A stretch of 64,000 nucleotides of DNA from Eledone cirrhosa (GCA_964016885.1 OZ024741.1:105834001-105898000), one strand, 5' to 3'. Counted from the first letter of the stretch, positions 35,744-50,800 are shown. Program-made: numbers and translations. Notes: a model not told the origin generated them from the sequence alone.

Positions 35744-38700
35744 GAATATGTGACACAGAGGAGACTGAGGTTAGCTGGACATGCTCACTGACATCCAGAG
35801 TTGACATTGCACTCAGTGCTCCTGTGGGAGCTCCTACATGGACACACTGGAAGAGGAAGACCAAGGTTAACGTATGTTGATGCCCTAAGGACAGACATTG
35901 GTCTGTTGGAGACGCAGGACATGGCAGCGATAATGAGGGACAGAGACCGCTGGAGAGAACTCGGGAATTTTACCCGCCCTAGATATATATATATAAGTAA
36001 AGATTTTTTCTTAATTTGTTTGCTTTTCCCATATTTGATATTATTAGGCTCTGTTTCTGTTAATTTTATTAACTCTTTCATAGAACCAAACTCAGTATAA
36101 GTTGGACACTCGGTATGTATCTATATGTATCTATACTTGTATAGAGATATGTATACTTCTTTGTTTAATATATAATACACTCTCTGATGAAAATTTGGCG
36201 GAATTGAACAACCTATAAGTAGCACGTAGCCTGCCATCGTCCACTTCTACTACCCTCCTGCTGGTCACGGGTCACATAACAGTCATTTCATTCGAAATTT
36301 TCACTGACAACAAACACCTGGGAATTCTTCTCTTGAATTCTATTTTTGGACTGAGAAAGTTTCCTGATGATTTGGGATTTCTTGCCATACTCTACTCGCA
36401 GTATCATTATTTTCCCAATGAAACTGCAGTAGGGACATTAAAGTGAGTAAGTAAAGATTTTTTTCTTAACTTGTTTGATTTTCCTATGTTTGATATATAT
36501 ATATACATCATCATCATCACCGTGGAAGATAGACGTTAAACGATGATGATGATGTATATATACTGGCATATATGTAGTGATATATAAATACTGATGTACT
36601 TATACACTACTGTATAAGTACTGGTATATACACACTATAAGTATTGGTGTATATATACTGGAGTATATATACTGATGTATATGTACTGGTGTATATATAT
36701 ACTAATGCATATATACTGGCATATATGTAGTGATATATGAATACTGATGTATATACACTGCTATATAAGTAGGGGTGTATATATACTGATGTATATGTAC
36801 TGGTGTATATGTACTGATGTATATATACTGGTATATATATTGGTGTACATCTACTGATGTACACATATACCAGTATATATGCTGGTGGAAATGTACTGAT
36901 GAATATAGATTGATGCATATGTACACTGATATATATACTGGTGTCTAATTACTGATGTATATTTACTAATGTATATATATTGGTGCATATATACTGATGT
37001 ATTATCATCATTTACATCCGCTTTTCCAAGCCTGCATGGGTTGGACAGGTCTTTTACAGCACACCATGCCTCTACTCATAACATTCTCTATCAGAGACTT
37101 GATATCAGCTCCCACCACCTCTGTCCAGGTCTTCTTGATCTTTCCCTACTGCAGCTTCCTTCCACAGGGATTTATTGACACTTCTTCATCCAATGATCAT
37201 CATCCTTGCTCATCACATGTACATGTATATACATTGGTGTATGGAAAATAAATGTTAAACAATCATGTTGATGTACTGGTTAGTTTATAATGTAAGCAAA
37301 ATGAACATTTAAAAAATCACTTACTTTTGGTCTTAAAACAAGGTCTTGCGTATCAGCCTTTGCAACACGCTTTCGCAGAGATTTATCATTTTTCAAAGCC
37401 TCTCGTAATGCACTAATATTGCTTAATTTATCTACAGAGAAAGGGAAACATTTTACAAAAACATTCACAATAATGGTATGAAAAGATGAAAGGCAAAGTT
37501 GACAATGACAGTATTTGAACTCACGACACGAAGAGCTGGAAGAACTGCTGCAAAACATTTAACCTGACACTCTAGCAATACCTTCAAATCATGTAAGGGA
37601 GGGGTGATGGTGATGAGGTTAAAGATCTTGGTGGTTGTAATGTTGTTGTTGTTAGTGGTGGTGATGATTGTAATGATGATGATGATGGTGATAATGGCAG
37701 GGATGAATATGATGATGAATGTGATAATGGCAGAGATGAATATGATGATGATGGTGATGATGATGATGATGATAATCTATAACTATGTAAATGTAAATAG
37801 TGATTTCTAAATATAGTCAGCACAAGGTGCAAAATTTCCAGCTGATTATATCACCCTCAGTACATGCTTGGTACTTTATTTTGTTGTCCCCTGGAAATAT
37901 GAAAGTCAACTTTGGTATGATTTGAACCTAGAAATGTAAAAGAAGAACAAGAAATACTAATGGAACATTTTTGTTGCAGTATTTCTTACCTTTAGAAACA
38001 GAATTGCTTGTAACGAAATTCTTGTCATCAAAAAGTATTTCATAACCTTTAAATTTTGCTTTTAATGGATTATTATCAGAGTAATTTTCATTTTCTTCAT
38101 TTTCATATTCATAGTTTTCATATTCAGCATCATCATCATTATACATGCCTTTGTCTTCATCATCTTTTATCTGAAATGGAGAGAAAAAAATGTTTATAAC
38201 TTTCAATGGACGTTAAGGAATTAGGTCTGAGCACAAAAAGAGAATTTTCTTTAGAAAGATCATATAAGCTTAAACCATTTTCATTGAACCTACAGCAATA
38301 AAAATGAACATTTTTCAACACTGAACAATAATAAATATAATTGTTTCTACTTTTGGCACAAGGCCAGCAATTACCCAGTACATTACTGGTACTTTATTTT
38401 ATTGACCCCCGTAAGGATGAAAGGCAAAGTTAACCTCAACAGGATTCGAACTCAGACCGTAAAGGGATGTAACTATGCTAGAAAGCATGGCGTCCAATCC
38501 TCTACCGATACTGCCAATTCTAAATATTATGTTAACTGTTTACAATGAACTTATCGAGATTAAAATGAATATATTTCACTGAACAATTGTAGATATAATG
38601 TTTACTGTTTATAATAAACCTACAGCGACCAAAGTGAACATTTTTCAACATTAAAAAATTATGGATATTGTCATAACTTCAAGGTGGAAAACTGTTTCAG

Positions 38701-41700
38701 TCAACAGACCATTTATAGACCAAAAGAATAATAATAATAGAGATTTTTGGAGTCATATAATTTATAAACACATATAATATATACAAAGCATATAAATAAA
38801 TTTACAGTAGAATAACATAGTAAATATGTTTTAAATATATACATAAATAACATTACAAATGCTTAAATAACATTATAAATTGCTCGCAATTCTTTCAGGA
38901 TATATTCTTTTAATTTAGTAATATTAAAGAAAATATAAAGGAAGGGGTGAACAACCGAGCCACCACCAGAGCAAAAGACAGCAGCATTGCGAGGAGTACT
39001 GGGAAACCTCTCTAATGATTTTTGAGGCAAGCCAGCACACTCGCAGTGTTGCCTCGGGTGATGGCCAGGCTGATGCGCTGGAACAACCAATTGCCCTCGC
39101 TAGATTCGCCAGTTACCTCTATTAGGCAAGCCACAAGTGAAGAGAGAAAAAGACCTGATGGCCTTACCCTGTGCCCCTGATCGAGAGGCAGGTGCCTTGT
39201 CTGGGACGCCACAGTTAGTGACTCTTTTGCTTCTTCCCACATCCTGGATGGTGCGGTTAGGGCAAGAGCACAGCTTCTGCAACCGAACGGAGCAAAACCT
39301 TAAAATATTGTGATCTGTCGGCTAACTACATTTTCCAGCCTGTGGCTTTCGAGACGTTCGGGGGAGTTGAGCTGCTGACTGCAAGTTTCCTCTCTTCACT
39401 TTAATATTGCAAGATTAAAAGAATATATCCTTCTGAAAGAATCGTGAGTAATTTATAATGTTATTTAAGCATTTGTCATATAATTTATACAAGAAAATAT
39501 GAATTTAGCTAACTTTTTCATACTTAATTGTATTTGAAATTGCTTCAATGTGCTGGACATAAATTGTTGCTTTTATTTTAATAACATAAAAATATAAAAT
39601 TTCAGAGGAGCTAAGAACCATCTGAGGTAGGCCAAAAGAACCAAATAATTGTTTCTACTTTTGGCACAAGGCCAGCAATTATCCTAGTGTATTACTGGTA
39701 CTTTATTTTATTGACCCCGTCAGGATAAAAGGTAAAGTTAACCTCGGTGGGATTTGAACTCAGACCATAAAGGGCCGTAACTCTTTGCTGCAAAAGCATA
39801 GCGTCCGACCCTCTAACGATACTGCCAATCCACCGGAGGTAGGCGAAATAACCACTTGTTACAGACCTCTGTCTTAAAATATACCTGTTTTAAAATGGGA
39901 CAGGCTAAAGAACCACGTTGTTAACAACCTGTTTTAAATGTTTACACAAAATAACAATTAAAAGTCTTCAAATATACCTGTGTTACAAAGAATGATGGGT
40001 TTTCTCGGGGAGGAGTCTTTCTTTTGTCAGGTTCTAATTTTTCTTTGGACGTTTCTGGTGTCAATATTTTCTCTAACAGAGTTTTATTCCTCGGTTTATG
40101 AGCTGATCGTCTTTGCAAAGAGACCTTTTTACATTCTTCATGTATGATTTCTTTAAAAACTGGAGCACCTTCTATTGCCATTAACTGATCAACTGGTACT
40201 TTAGGCACTTTTCGTATCAAAGATTGAATCTGTGAAAACAAAGAGGACACAACCATAACATCAATATCATAACAATATATTTTTCACTCCAACAACAAAA
40301 GTGGACATAAAATCGATGATGGTGATGATGAAGATGATGATGACGATGATGTTGTTGATGATGATGATAGTGATGATGGTGATGGCGCCGATAACAATAA
40401 TGATGAAAATGATGGCGATGATGATGATGATGGAAAAGCAAGGAGCCGAGGGAAAAGGGATACTTACTTTCCGATTATCATTTGGTTGTATCTCTAGGTG
40501 ATATTCGTTCAGCCGGTTGATTGGTTTACTGATGTAAGGGGAAATAACATTATCAGATTGGAGAAAACAAAAATTAAATAGTTGTATTTAATATAAAAAT
40601 TTATATTGTCCCTAAATATGTCAATACACACACACACACACACATTCTCTTTGTGTATTTTTGGTGTCATAGTTTGTTTTTCTGAAACAAGCCAGGACTC
40701 TGAATTCTTAGCACTACTTTATAGATAGCAGATATATCCCTGTGATTATTGGGTTGTCACACAAGAGTCTGTCAATGGAATACCACCATTTCCATAATTT
40801 CGTCACCTCAGAAAGTGTAGTATAGACAAAAGCAGTCGCGGTTCTCTGGTAGCCATACTGGTTGTGACTCATGTTAGAGTTTTGTCAGGAGTGGGGTGTT
40901 GGTGTTGCCCTGCTGATGTATATCTTATATATATGTGAAGAGATGCTGATGGTGTTGTAACTGAAGTATCACAAAAAGATGTTAATCATATGTGATATCC
41001 GTCTAACCCATGCTAGCATGAAAGAACGGACGTAAAACGGTGATGATGATGATGATGATGATGATGTGAAGATGGAGCAATTAGTATTTTTATAAACATA
41101 TATATATATATACACACATATATATATATATACATATATAAACACATATATATATACATACATACATATGTATACATATCGTCCTCATTAGTTTACATCT
41201 GTTTTTCGATGCTGTATATATTATATATAATGTATATTCTATTCAAATTGTTGTTTATGTGTGCCTTGAACCAACAGATCCATGAAGTGTAGGAAAATCT
41301 CTTTGACCTTGCATTGTGCAAGGCAACCTCTCTAGTGCTGGTGACATGATAAAAGACACTAAGTCATCTCTGTAAAGTGCTTATTGATCAAATGGTGATA
41401 AGATAGAGTACAAATGACCCTTCAGTTGCATCCAGGGTGTAATAACCTCTCTAGTATTGGTGTCATGATATAATGTACCCAGTACATTCTGTAAGGAGGT
41501 TGCCAATAAAATACTGACAAAGTAGGGTAGAGAAGACTCTTTAGTCATATCAAAGCCTTGAAAACCTCTGTGTTGGTACCATGATAAAATGTACTCAGTA
41601 CACTCTGTAAAGTAGTTGATGTTAGGAAAGTTATCCAGCTATAGAAACCTTGCCAAAAAATTTGAATGTAGAAGCGAGGCATGGTCTTCAAACCCTTCCA

Positions 41701-44700
41701 GGAGGGCTGTAATTCTAAACAAGAACTAACATGGACTGTGTCAACCCATCCAACCATGACAATCATGGAAAGCAGACATAAAATAATAATGATGATGATG
41801 ACATAGGTTTTGAGGTAGGGTCTTTTACTGGATGCCATTCCTGACACTAACCCTTTTAATTAACTCTTACAACATGCAGGGATGTCGTGTATCTGTTCTA
41901 AGTACCAGGATCCATGCGTACAATGTCTAATTGTATGATACAACATGGAGGCACATGGCTTAGTGGTTAGAGCATCGAAAGGTTGTGAGTTCAATTCTCA
42001 GACTGGGTGATGTGTTGTTTCCTTGAGCAAGACACTTTATTTCACATTGCTCCAGTTTACTCAGCTGTAGAAATGAGATGATAGGGACTGGGGTCCATAT
42101 CATTCCACTGCAAAGTGGTTGTGAAGGTGCCACGGCAGAAAAGCACCCAACACTCACTGTAAATGAGGTTGGTGTTAGGAAGGGCATCCAGCTGTAGAAA
42201 TCAAGCCAAAATCAGTTCCCGTCCCATCCTTGCAAGCAGGGAAAAAGCGGACGTAAAATGAAATGAAATGAAAATGAACCACAAGCCTACAAGAGTTAAA
42301 ATTTGACCTCAAGACCCTGTTATCAGTCGTTTACAAACATTATAATAGTGTTCAAACTTACAAAAATTAACAAAAAAAACAATATATTTAATCATTATAA
42401 TGTTGGTGAAACTTACCAAAAAATGTTGACACTAAGTTTTTCAGAAAGTTCTGTGGCCAACATGGAAATTGCTTTCTTTCTATTGTTGGATATTATTGGA
42501 TTACGAAACAACAGCAACTGTTGAAACATTGGCCAATTTGTTACAGCCATTAAAGCTTCTTGAGAGAACACCTGAAAATAACACAAATAATGTAGAATGT
42601 TATCAGCAAGATAACCTGTCCAACCCATGCCAGCATTGAATATGGATGTAAAATGATGATGATGATGATGATAATGGTCGTGATGATGAGGATGATCATT
42701 ATGATGGTGGCGGTGATGATGATTATGATGATAATGAGGACAATGATAGTAGGTGGTGGTGATGATGACGATGGTGAAGATCATCACCTTTATTCCTTAA
42801 TTTTGTTTCAAATCTGGGCCTCATTAAAAGGGTCATGGTCACAACTTTTGCTTCCATCACAAATCAATAAAAAAGAACCCCCCTCCTCACGTATTTCCCC
42901 ACTAATAATATTTTCCTTATTGTTGTACATTTTACTAATCAATACTAATTGAATTGTTAATATCTCATTTCCTCCTCTCATCTAACCAACCATTCCGGTA
43001 AATACAGGGTGGTAGTGGTGGGGTGATGTTGACAGTGGGGTGATGTTGGTAACAGTGATGATTGTGAGAGGGAGCAGTTGTGGTGGTGGTAGAGGTGGTA
43101 GTGGTAGGGAGAAGTAAAGTAAAGAAAAGGAAAAGATAAGAAAGAAGACAGAGGACGCTTACTGGCTGATATTTACAATGGTTTAACCCAGAGATGAGGA
43201 ACCTGCGGCCTTAAGGCCGCATGCAGCCTTCTATGCCATTCTATGTGGCCTTTTGAAAGAATAAAAAATGTCCAACAAATTTAACATTTTTATTAATGTT
43301 TTTGTCTATCTCTTATTATTTTAATATAAACCATAAGATGAATGTATTTTAAATACCAAAGAGTAAAAGAAATCTCAACAAAATAATCCACACTGACAGA
43401 CATCCAGAATTAAAAAAATAGTAGATCATAAGGGCCTCCATGTTGCAACCACATATCAAAATGCTTTCAAACAACAAGCAGTTACAACAAAGTCATTAAA
43501 AGGTAAGTTAGCTTCGAAATTAATTTTTTTCCATTTTTTAGATAATTAGTACAATAGTGATTACATTTTTACAAAATAGTGTAGATTTTAAGAATATACA
43601 TTTATGGTTTCTTAAACATGGCCTTATTATATTACAAGTAACTTAATGTGGCCTTTCAACATGAAAAGGTTCCCCACCTTTGATTTAACTTATTTAATGG
43701 AGAGTTCATTATGACAGAACCTATAATAATTTGATAACAAACAGCAACAAAAGGTGAAGAATCAATTAGAGCTGCAGGCAATAGACCCCCCCCCCCCAAA
43801 AAAAAACCCCAGACAAAACTGAAGGATAACACCATTGAGTCCTTGCATGATATGGAACCAGACAAAACTGAGTGATAATTCCACTGAATTCTTTGTAGGA
43901 CAGTAAACAGAATATTTAACAGAACAAAAAAGACGAAAGTAAAAAACATCAACAAATCTATTTTTGAAATATTTTTCTTACTTTTCTTTTTCTTTTATTT
44001 ATATTTGTTTTGTTCGTCGCAATTGAGAATATATATAGTCCCACCTTTGCAAGCAGGGAAAAAGCGGACGTAAAATGAAATGAAATAAAAACACATTTAT
44101 GTGTTTAGGGGCATGTATACACACACTAGTATATGTATATGTGTGTCTAGGGCTTTTAAAATAGGTACCCCATATCACTGCATGTTGGAAGTTTGATTGA
44201 AAGGGAAGGACATCTGGCTGTAAGACATTATCTCGAACCCATGCCAGCATGGAATGATGGATGTGAAAATGATGATGATGATGTGTGCATATGTACACAC
44301 ACACACACACACACATATATAACACAAACACACATATATATATTATGTCAGTGTGTGTGTGCCATGATAATGAAACAGCACACAATTGATATGTTTTTTT
44401 ATTTGATGACAAATGAGGAGACATTAACAAAATTTTCAGATCCCTATAGGAAAATGTTCAGTAATGAGGGCAAATCATGTTTATACTGATTACACACATA
44501 AACATACACATACACACATATGTATACATACTAACACACACACACATGTCCCTAAACTATTGTTTTTTTGCTACAAAATTGGGAGGAATGCATATGTCTT
44601 GGGGATGGAGCTCCATGATATATACCAACCACCCAGACAGTGAGTGTAAAGTCTGCTGCCCATGCCCCCTTTCCCTTACCAGTACTGGACTTACCGGAGT

Positions 44701-47700
44701 TACCTATAAGCTAAAGCTTAGGGCTACACACTCTCGAGAGGGAAAGTAGCAGCTCATTTTTAAAATATATTTTTATTTTATTATTAGTTTGATTTTTTAA
44801 CACTAAATCATCAAAAATTATATCTCTATAGATTATTTATTCTTTATCATTAACATTAATATAAAAAATAATAATCATATAATTATTTAAATTTTTTTAC
44901 ATGAATCTCTTTAGAGAACAGCCTCAAATTTCATATAGCATCAGCAGATGAATGTCCAGCCCTATCCCTTACATTCATTATTTGTATATTTTTATAGGGC
45001 GATGGATTGGCAGTATCGGTAGAGTCGGATGCCATGCTTTGACGCATAGACTTACGGCCGTTGCCATTCTGAGTTCAAATCCCGCCGAGGTTAACTTTGC
45101 CTTTCATCCTTACGGGGTCGATAAAATAAAGTACCAGTAATGCACTGGGAAATTGCTGGCCTTGTGCCAAAACTAGAAACAATTATTTGTATATTTTTAT
45201 CCATTTTTTTTTTATTGCAAACATTATATAATTTATTTGAAATTTGTTTAATAAAATCGCTGAATAATGGAGTTAATAAATAAATAAACAAACATTTCTT
45301 TTAAAAAAAAAATCAAACCAAGAAACAAACCAAAAACTGAAGCTACATACATTATTGTTAGCTAAGTTGAGAACTGTGAGTTGTGAGAATGGTGCCAAAT
45401 ATTTTTGTTTTTTCACTGGTCGTGTGGTGTAACATTCACATCTTTGACTTTTCATCTGGAGGATGGTAGCATCACTAAAACCTGATTCCAGTTGAGAATA
45501 TAAGGATTGGTCAGTGTACTCCAAGGAGTGTGCATCAGAGAGGATTTCAGGCTCTTCTGTGGGAACCACTTCAGTTTCCAGTTGAACATCTAATTCAGAT
45601 TTTGTCACTTTTACCTCTACTTCCTCTTCTACCTCTTCCTCTTCTGCTTCTACCATAGAAGGCACTGTCTCTGCAAGTAGTGTGGCTGATATGTCCTGTT
45701 CACTCTCCTTCGGCACAGTTTCATGCTTTTTCCGACTTGCAAATAAATCTGGTGAAAGAAGAAGAGAGGGCAGGGAAAATGACTGTGTTATGTGGAGACT
45801 GGAATGGATATTCGGCTTGGCATCTGTGTGTATGTGTATGTATGTGTACATGTGTATATGTGTGTGAATGTATGTATGCATGTGTATAAGCACCAGTGTA
45901 TGTAAGCGCAAGTGTGTGTGTACATGTGTGTATATGTATGATGCGTATGAAGGATGACAGCTGTATAAAAAGTCCAGAGCGCTCAAAATCGATGGAAGCC
46001 ATGGAGTGGGGAGACCCAGAAAAACTTGGGTTGAGGTGATAAAAGATGACCTTGCCCAATTGCACCTCCCAAAGGCAATGACACAAGTCCAAGACCTCTG
46101 GTGTTATGCAGTAATACAGAAAATCTGACTTGCCACGGGCACAAGCCGAAGCATATATATAGAATGCACCACCCCACCCCACCCATGAGGACAGGTTGAA
46201 GTATACATCCACTGAAGCTTCCAGCCCATACTGTAAGATGGTCATGATGGTGACACAACAAAAAGCACCCAGTCCACACTGTAAAGTTATCATGTAGACG
46301 TCATGACAAAAAGGTCCCAGTACTCACTGTAAATGAGGTTGGCGATAGGAAGGGCATCCAGCTGTAGAAACCAAGCCAAAATCAGTTCTGTATAAGCAAG
46401 ACATGCTAATGTGGAAAAATGGACGTTAAACGGTAATGATGATGATGTCTTTACTCGGACCTTTTTTCTGTTTCTCCTTTCTGATCCTGTCTCTATTTTG
46501 TATTCATGAAGAAGCGCTTAAGCCCGACACGTTAAACTTTCTTTCCTCTTTCCGATATAAAGCGTGAAACTAATAAGACTTTTTGTACCTCTGTTTGTTG
46601 TCTCCTTGAACTATATATATATACATATAAGTGTGTGAATTTTGTATATCTAATGATATACAGTATGTTTATGTATAAACATACATGTATATATACAATA
46701 TATTAATAAATGGAAACTATATTTATAAAACCATAATTATTTTATTATATATATTTCAAGGGCAACCAAGCCAATCTTGGTGCGCTTTCATCAGATAAAA
46801 TACCAAATTTGTTTTATAAATAGTGACATAACCATGGAAAACAACCTTGACGATTGAAAATTCGCTGGATAGTGTATTTGTATTTTATCTGATGAAAGCG
46901 CACCAAGTTTGGCTTGGTCGCCCTTGAAATATATATAATAAAATAATTATGGTTTTATAAATATAGTTTCCATTTATTAATATATTGAATATTTACTCCA
47001 GTATCTGTTGAATGCTCTATATCAGTTATAAACGTTTAAGTTTGTTGGAATCCCAACAAATTAAATATAACTTCAACATATTTATTTATTTATTTATTTG
47101 TATACACGCATACACACACACACATAATTATATGTGTGTGGTTTTGTATACCTATGGTAAGTGTTTTGCGTATGCTTGTGTATGTACGTATTTGTTTGCG
47201 TGTATGTATTTATTTATTTATATTAATTCTGTATTGTATTTATTTACTTTGTTCTTAACTTTGTAGCGGAGATTCATTCGGTCTTCTAGTTAGAATTTTA
47301 GTCTATGACTTCTGCTATACCATTTACGTGGTTTTGTCTTTGCGTGTTATTGTTCTCCACGCTCCACTTATGACGTATTATCTTCGTTTTTTTCGTTCAT
47401 TGCCAGAGAATGTCTCTATGAACCACCTAAGAGAACATTAGTCTACGACCTCTTTTAAACCATTTACGTGGTTCTGTCTTTGCGCGTAATTGTTTTTCAC
47501 GGCTCCTATTAATGACGTATTATATTCATTTTTTTCCGTTCTTTGCCAGCGAACGTTTCCACGAACCAAAGTATCGTCTTCCTGTCTTCCTCCGGTTGCA
47601 ACGTTTTTTGAAATATCCACTTCTGCGTTTACAGATTGACTTTGTTAGTTTCAGAAGATCCCGTTAAGGGTGAAAGCAGCGATTCTTTGCTTAAACTTTA

Positions 47701-47804
47701 ATCTGTTATTTTAATAAATATTTGCTCTACGGTTCTTATATATTTGATATATATTTATCCTTATCGAGCCCTCTTTGGATTTTAGTCTTCAAATTTATTA
47801 TTAT

Positions 47805-47850
<46 letters not shown>

Positions 47851-50800
47851 TATTGATTATGTTACTCAACACAGAAAGCTTAATGAACATTAAACTCAGA
47901 GCATATTTTTTACAAATTTAAAGGATATATCAAAAAATCTTTTTCATATATTGTGTTGCAAAACAAAACCTAGAATTATGTACATATAGTACATATACAA
48001 TGAATGTGTTCACCACCTCTGCCATATCTTTCAGGGGCAGCTTTCTCACGGCCCATTTCTGGTTGAGATTGGCCACTCTGTCACCTCATCCCAATTTCTG
48101 TCTATCTGGAGGTCACAACCAAACCAGACCCGAGCAATCTAACCAGCCCAGCCATCCAGCATCTTACGGCATGGACTTGCTCCTCCATGTGCCATGTTGC
48201 AAGCCCATGGATTTTTCATGATTGATTTTCACTCCTGTCAATGCTTCGTATTCCTTCAGAGCAGTGTCAATCACCTCAATGTGTTTGGTGTTTGACACTA
48301 CGACTGTACCATCGTCAGCATAAGCCAACACAGATCTTCAATGTCCTAGTTTGCACAGGATGCCCCTCAACATCTCTAATTTGTGTAGTAGTGGCTCAAG
48401 AGTCAATGCATACAACAAGGATGAGAGAGGACAGCCCTCGTGGACTGAACGCATGATGTTGAATGGTTCTAAGAGGTGAGCGTTCAATCTGACCACAGAG
48501 CAGATGTCACTATGCATAGTAGCTATCCATTGTCTGAAAAACGGCCCAAACTCTGCTGCTTTGGAGACCACCACCAGGTACCGACGGTCGATGGTATTGA
48601 ATGCTTCAGATTGATCCAAGTTGATCAGTGCCCCACCCATGTCAGGTTCTTTAGCCACCCTCTCTATGAGGTATTGCATGTGATGGAGGTTGTCGTGGAT
48701 AGATCTCTTGGGAATAAATAGCACATATTTGTGCCTCCCCTACCAGACCGCCAACAACAAGTGCCAACCTCGTTGCTAACACCTTGGCCTAAAATTATCT
48801 ATATTGTTCCCCTTGTTCGGGTCTTTTCTCAGCAGTGCCACCATTCCACGGCTCACAGTACTGGGAATTCTCCCGTTCTGCTGTCAGTTGCAGTAGATGT
48901 CTGCTAAGAGATCACCGAACAAGTCTGGCATGTAAACGTAAAACTCATAAGGCAGACCATCCAAACCAGGCGATTTGCCTCTCATGCAGTCAGCTAATGC
49001 CTCCTGTATCTCAGTGGCTATTATTGGCTTTTCGCAACACTCCGCTTCTATTGCCGACAGCCATGGCAAGCTGTCAAGATAGGTTGTGAAGTCCATCTCG
49101 TGATCCAACCCGCCACCGCTCCCAAACGCTTGGGATCGAGTATCATGTGCCCATCATGGTGTTCCAGAGATCGAATTGTGGCTTTGTTGCCACACCATGC
49201 CTCTGCCACTCAAGCCCATTAAATGGCTTTCATCCTCTCATGATTAAGATCACACACCTTAGCTCTGACCAAGCAGCCTTCATGCATAGCATTGAAGGAC
49301 TGCTGTAGGGCCAAACTCACTGTTAGAACATTGGTTGCGATGCCTTTGCTAATTGCCTCTTCTAGTTTTTTAACTAGTTCTCACTCTACTCTAGTTTTCT
49401 CTTTTGCTACAGCTTTGCAAAATCTTGATACTACTTTAATCACCCTTTTCAGGGTGTACCACATGTTGTTGATTGAAAAGGGTGATTAAAGTAGTATCAA
49501 GATTTTGCTTAACTAATTCATTAATCCAGTCTCTGCAGGCTTTGTGAATTGTGAATAAGGCATTCAGCTTCCAGTAACCGAGTCCTTGCCTATTGAGACT
49601 ATCTAGATCTACTAAACGTCACAAATTTGTGGTCAGTGTATTCAACTATTTGAAATTGTGGACAACTTATGTTATCTCTATCTGTTTCCCTAGAGAATAC
49701 CCTATCTAGATACAATCTGGATGACTCAATGCAGTTTATCCATGTCCACATTGGCGCATTCTGAAAATCCAGTTACTATCTGTTGGAAGCGTCTGAGCAG
49801 ATTTACGGGGCTTTTACACCTTCCGCCTCTATCCGTTAATCCCACACAATCCCAACGTGCATCAAAGATAATGTTCCAGTCACCCACTAAGACTAAAGAG
49901 TGAGACGTTTCCAGAAAGGTTTCCAGACGTTGGAAGAAATCAGTTCATCCTTCCCCTGTTAGATGGCAACTAACTTGAAGGTATGCTGTTCTCTGCTTGT
50001 CATGTCCAGCACCACCAATTAACCCTCCGAGTCCAGGAAGGCGGTCTGTATTGCGAGATCCAGGCCTTTCTGGAACAACACGACAACTCCGCCTCCAGAT
50101 CCTAGACGGATTGGAGATGCGTACACCTTGTAGCCACCGAAAATTGGTGCGAAGGTTCATGCGTCGGAAACTCTGGTCTAACTAATGGCTACCACATCTA
50201 TGTCCAGTGACGTGAGGTCGTTGAGCAGGTGTTTTGGGGTATTGTTATTTTTTCTGGTTTTGAAAAATTATTTTGTGTGATTGTGGTGTTGTGTTGTAAG
50301 TAATTTAAAAGTTTTGTATTGTTTGAGTCAATTGCTGTGATGTTTGTATCTTTTTGTTCTTGCAAATGTGGGTTGGGTTTTGCTTGAAATATTCTGTGGT
50401 GATTGTTGTGGTGTTGGCTGTGTGGATGTTTGTGGTGGTGGAGATGGGGATGTGGTTTTCTGGGGTGTTTGTAGTAAAACTTCCACTGCCATCTCCGACC
50501 GATTGTCCTTCCTTATTTGGTAAACAAAGGATTTTTGTGCTCACCTTAATGTTTACCGAGACAATGGCAAATGACCAAGAAATGTCTATTTCCTGTGGTA
50601 TTTGGTTAATTCTAATTCTAACTAATCTCATTCTGCAGTAGAATGAGATGAGCAGAATTTCATCACTTTGTAGAGGCTTGAAGGAGAGATTTTGCCTCTT
50701 CTTTGGTGTTAAATCTGACTTCCACTGTGCCGAAACCTCTGCCCCTTTGAATGTAAATTTTTTTGGTCCCGACTGACCCCAAAGCCTTTTGAATCTGTAG

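Noticed and set aside
34932-35864. 310-aa ORF as a novel fusion gene
   Set aside because: It is a truncated RTE read through a (TA)n microsatellite.
36181-36215. CTGATGA...GAAC hammerhead candidate
   Set aside because: GAAA is missing and there are no convincing stems I or III.
37584-42952. His-, Met- or Ser-rich ORFs (37584, 40217, 40301, 42653)
   Set aside because: They are translations of (GAT/CAT)n microsatellites in introns.
46500-46545. ATGAAGA-stem-GACACG hammerhead-like relic
   Set aside because: Both core halves are mutated, so it is too degenerate to support.
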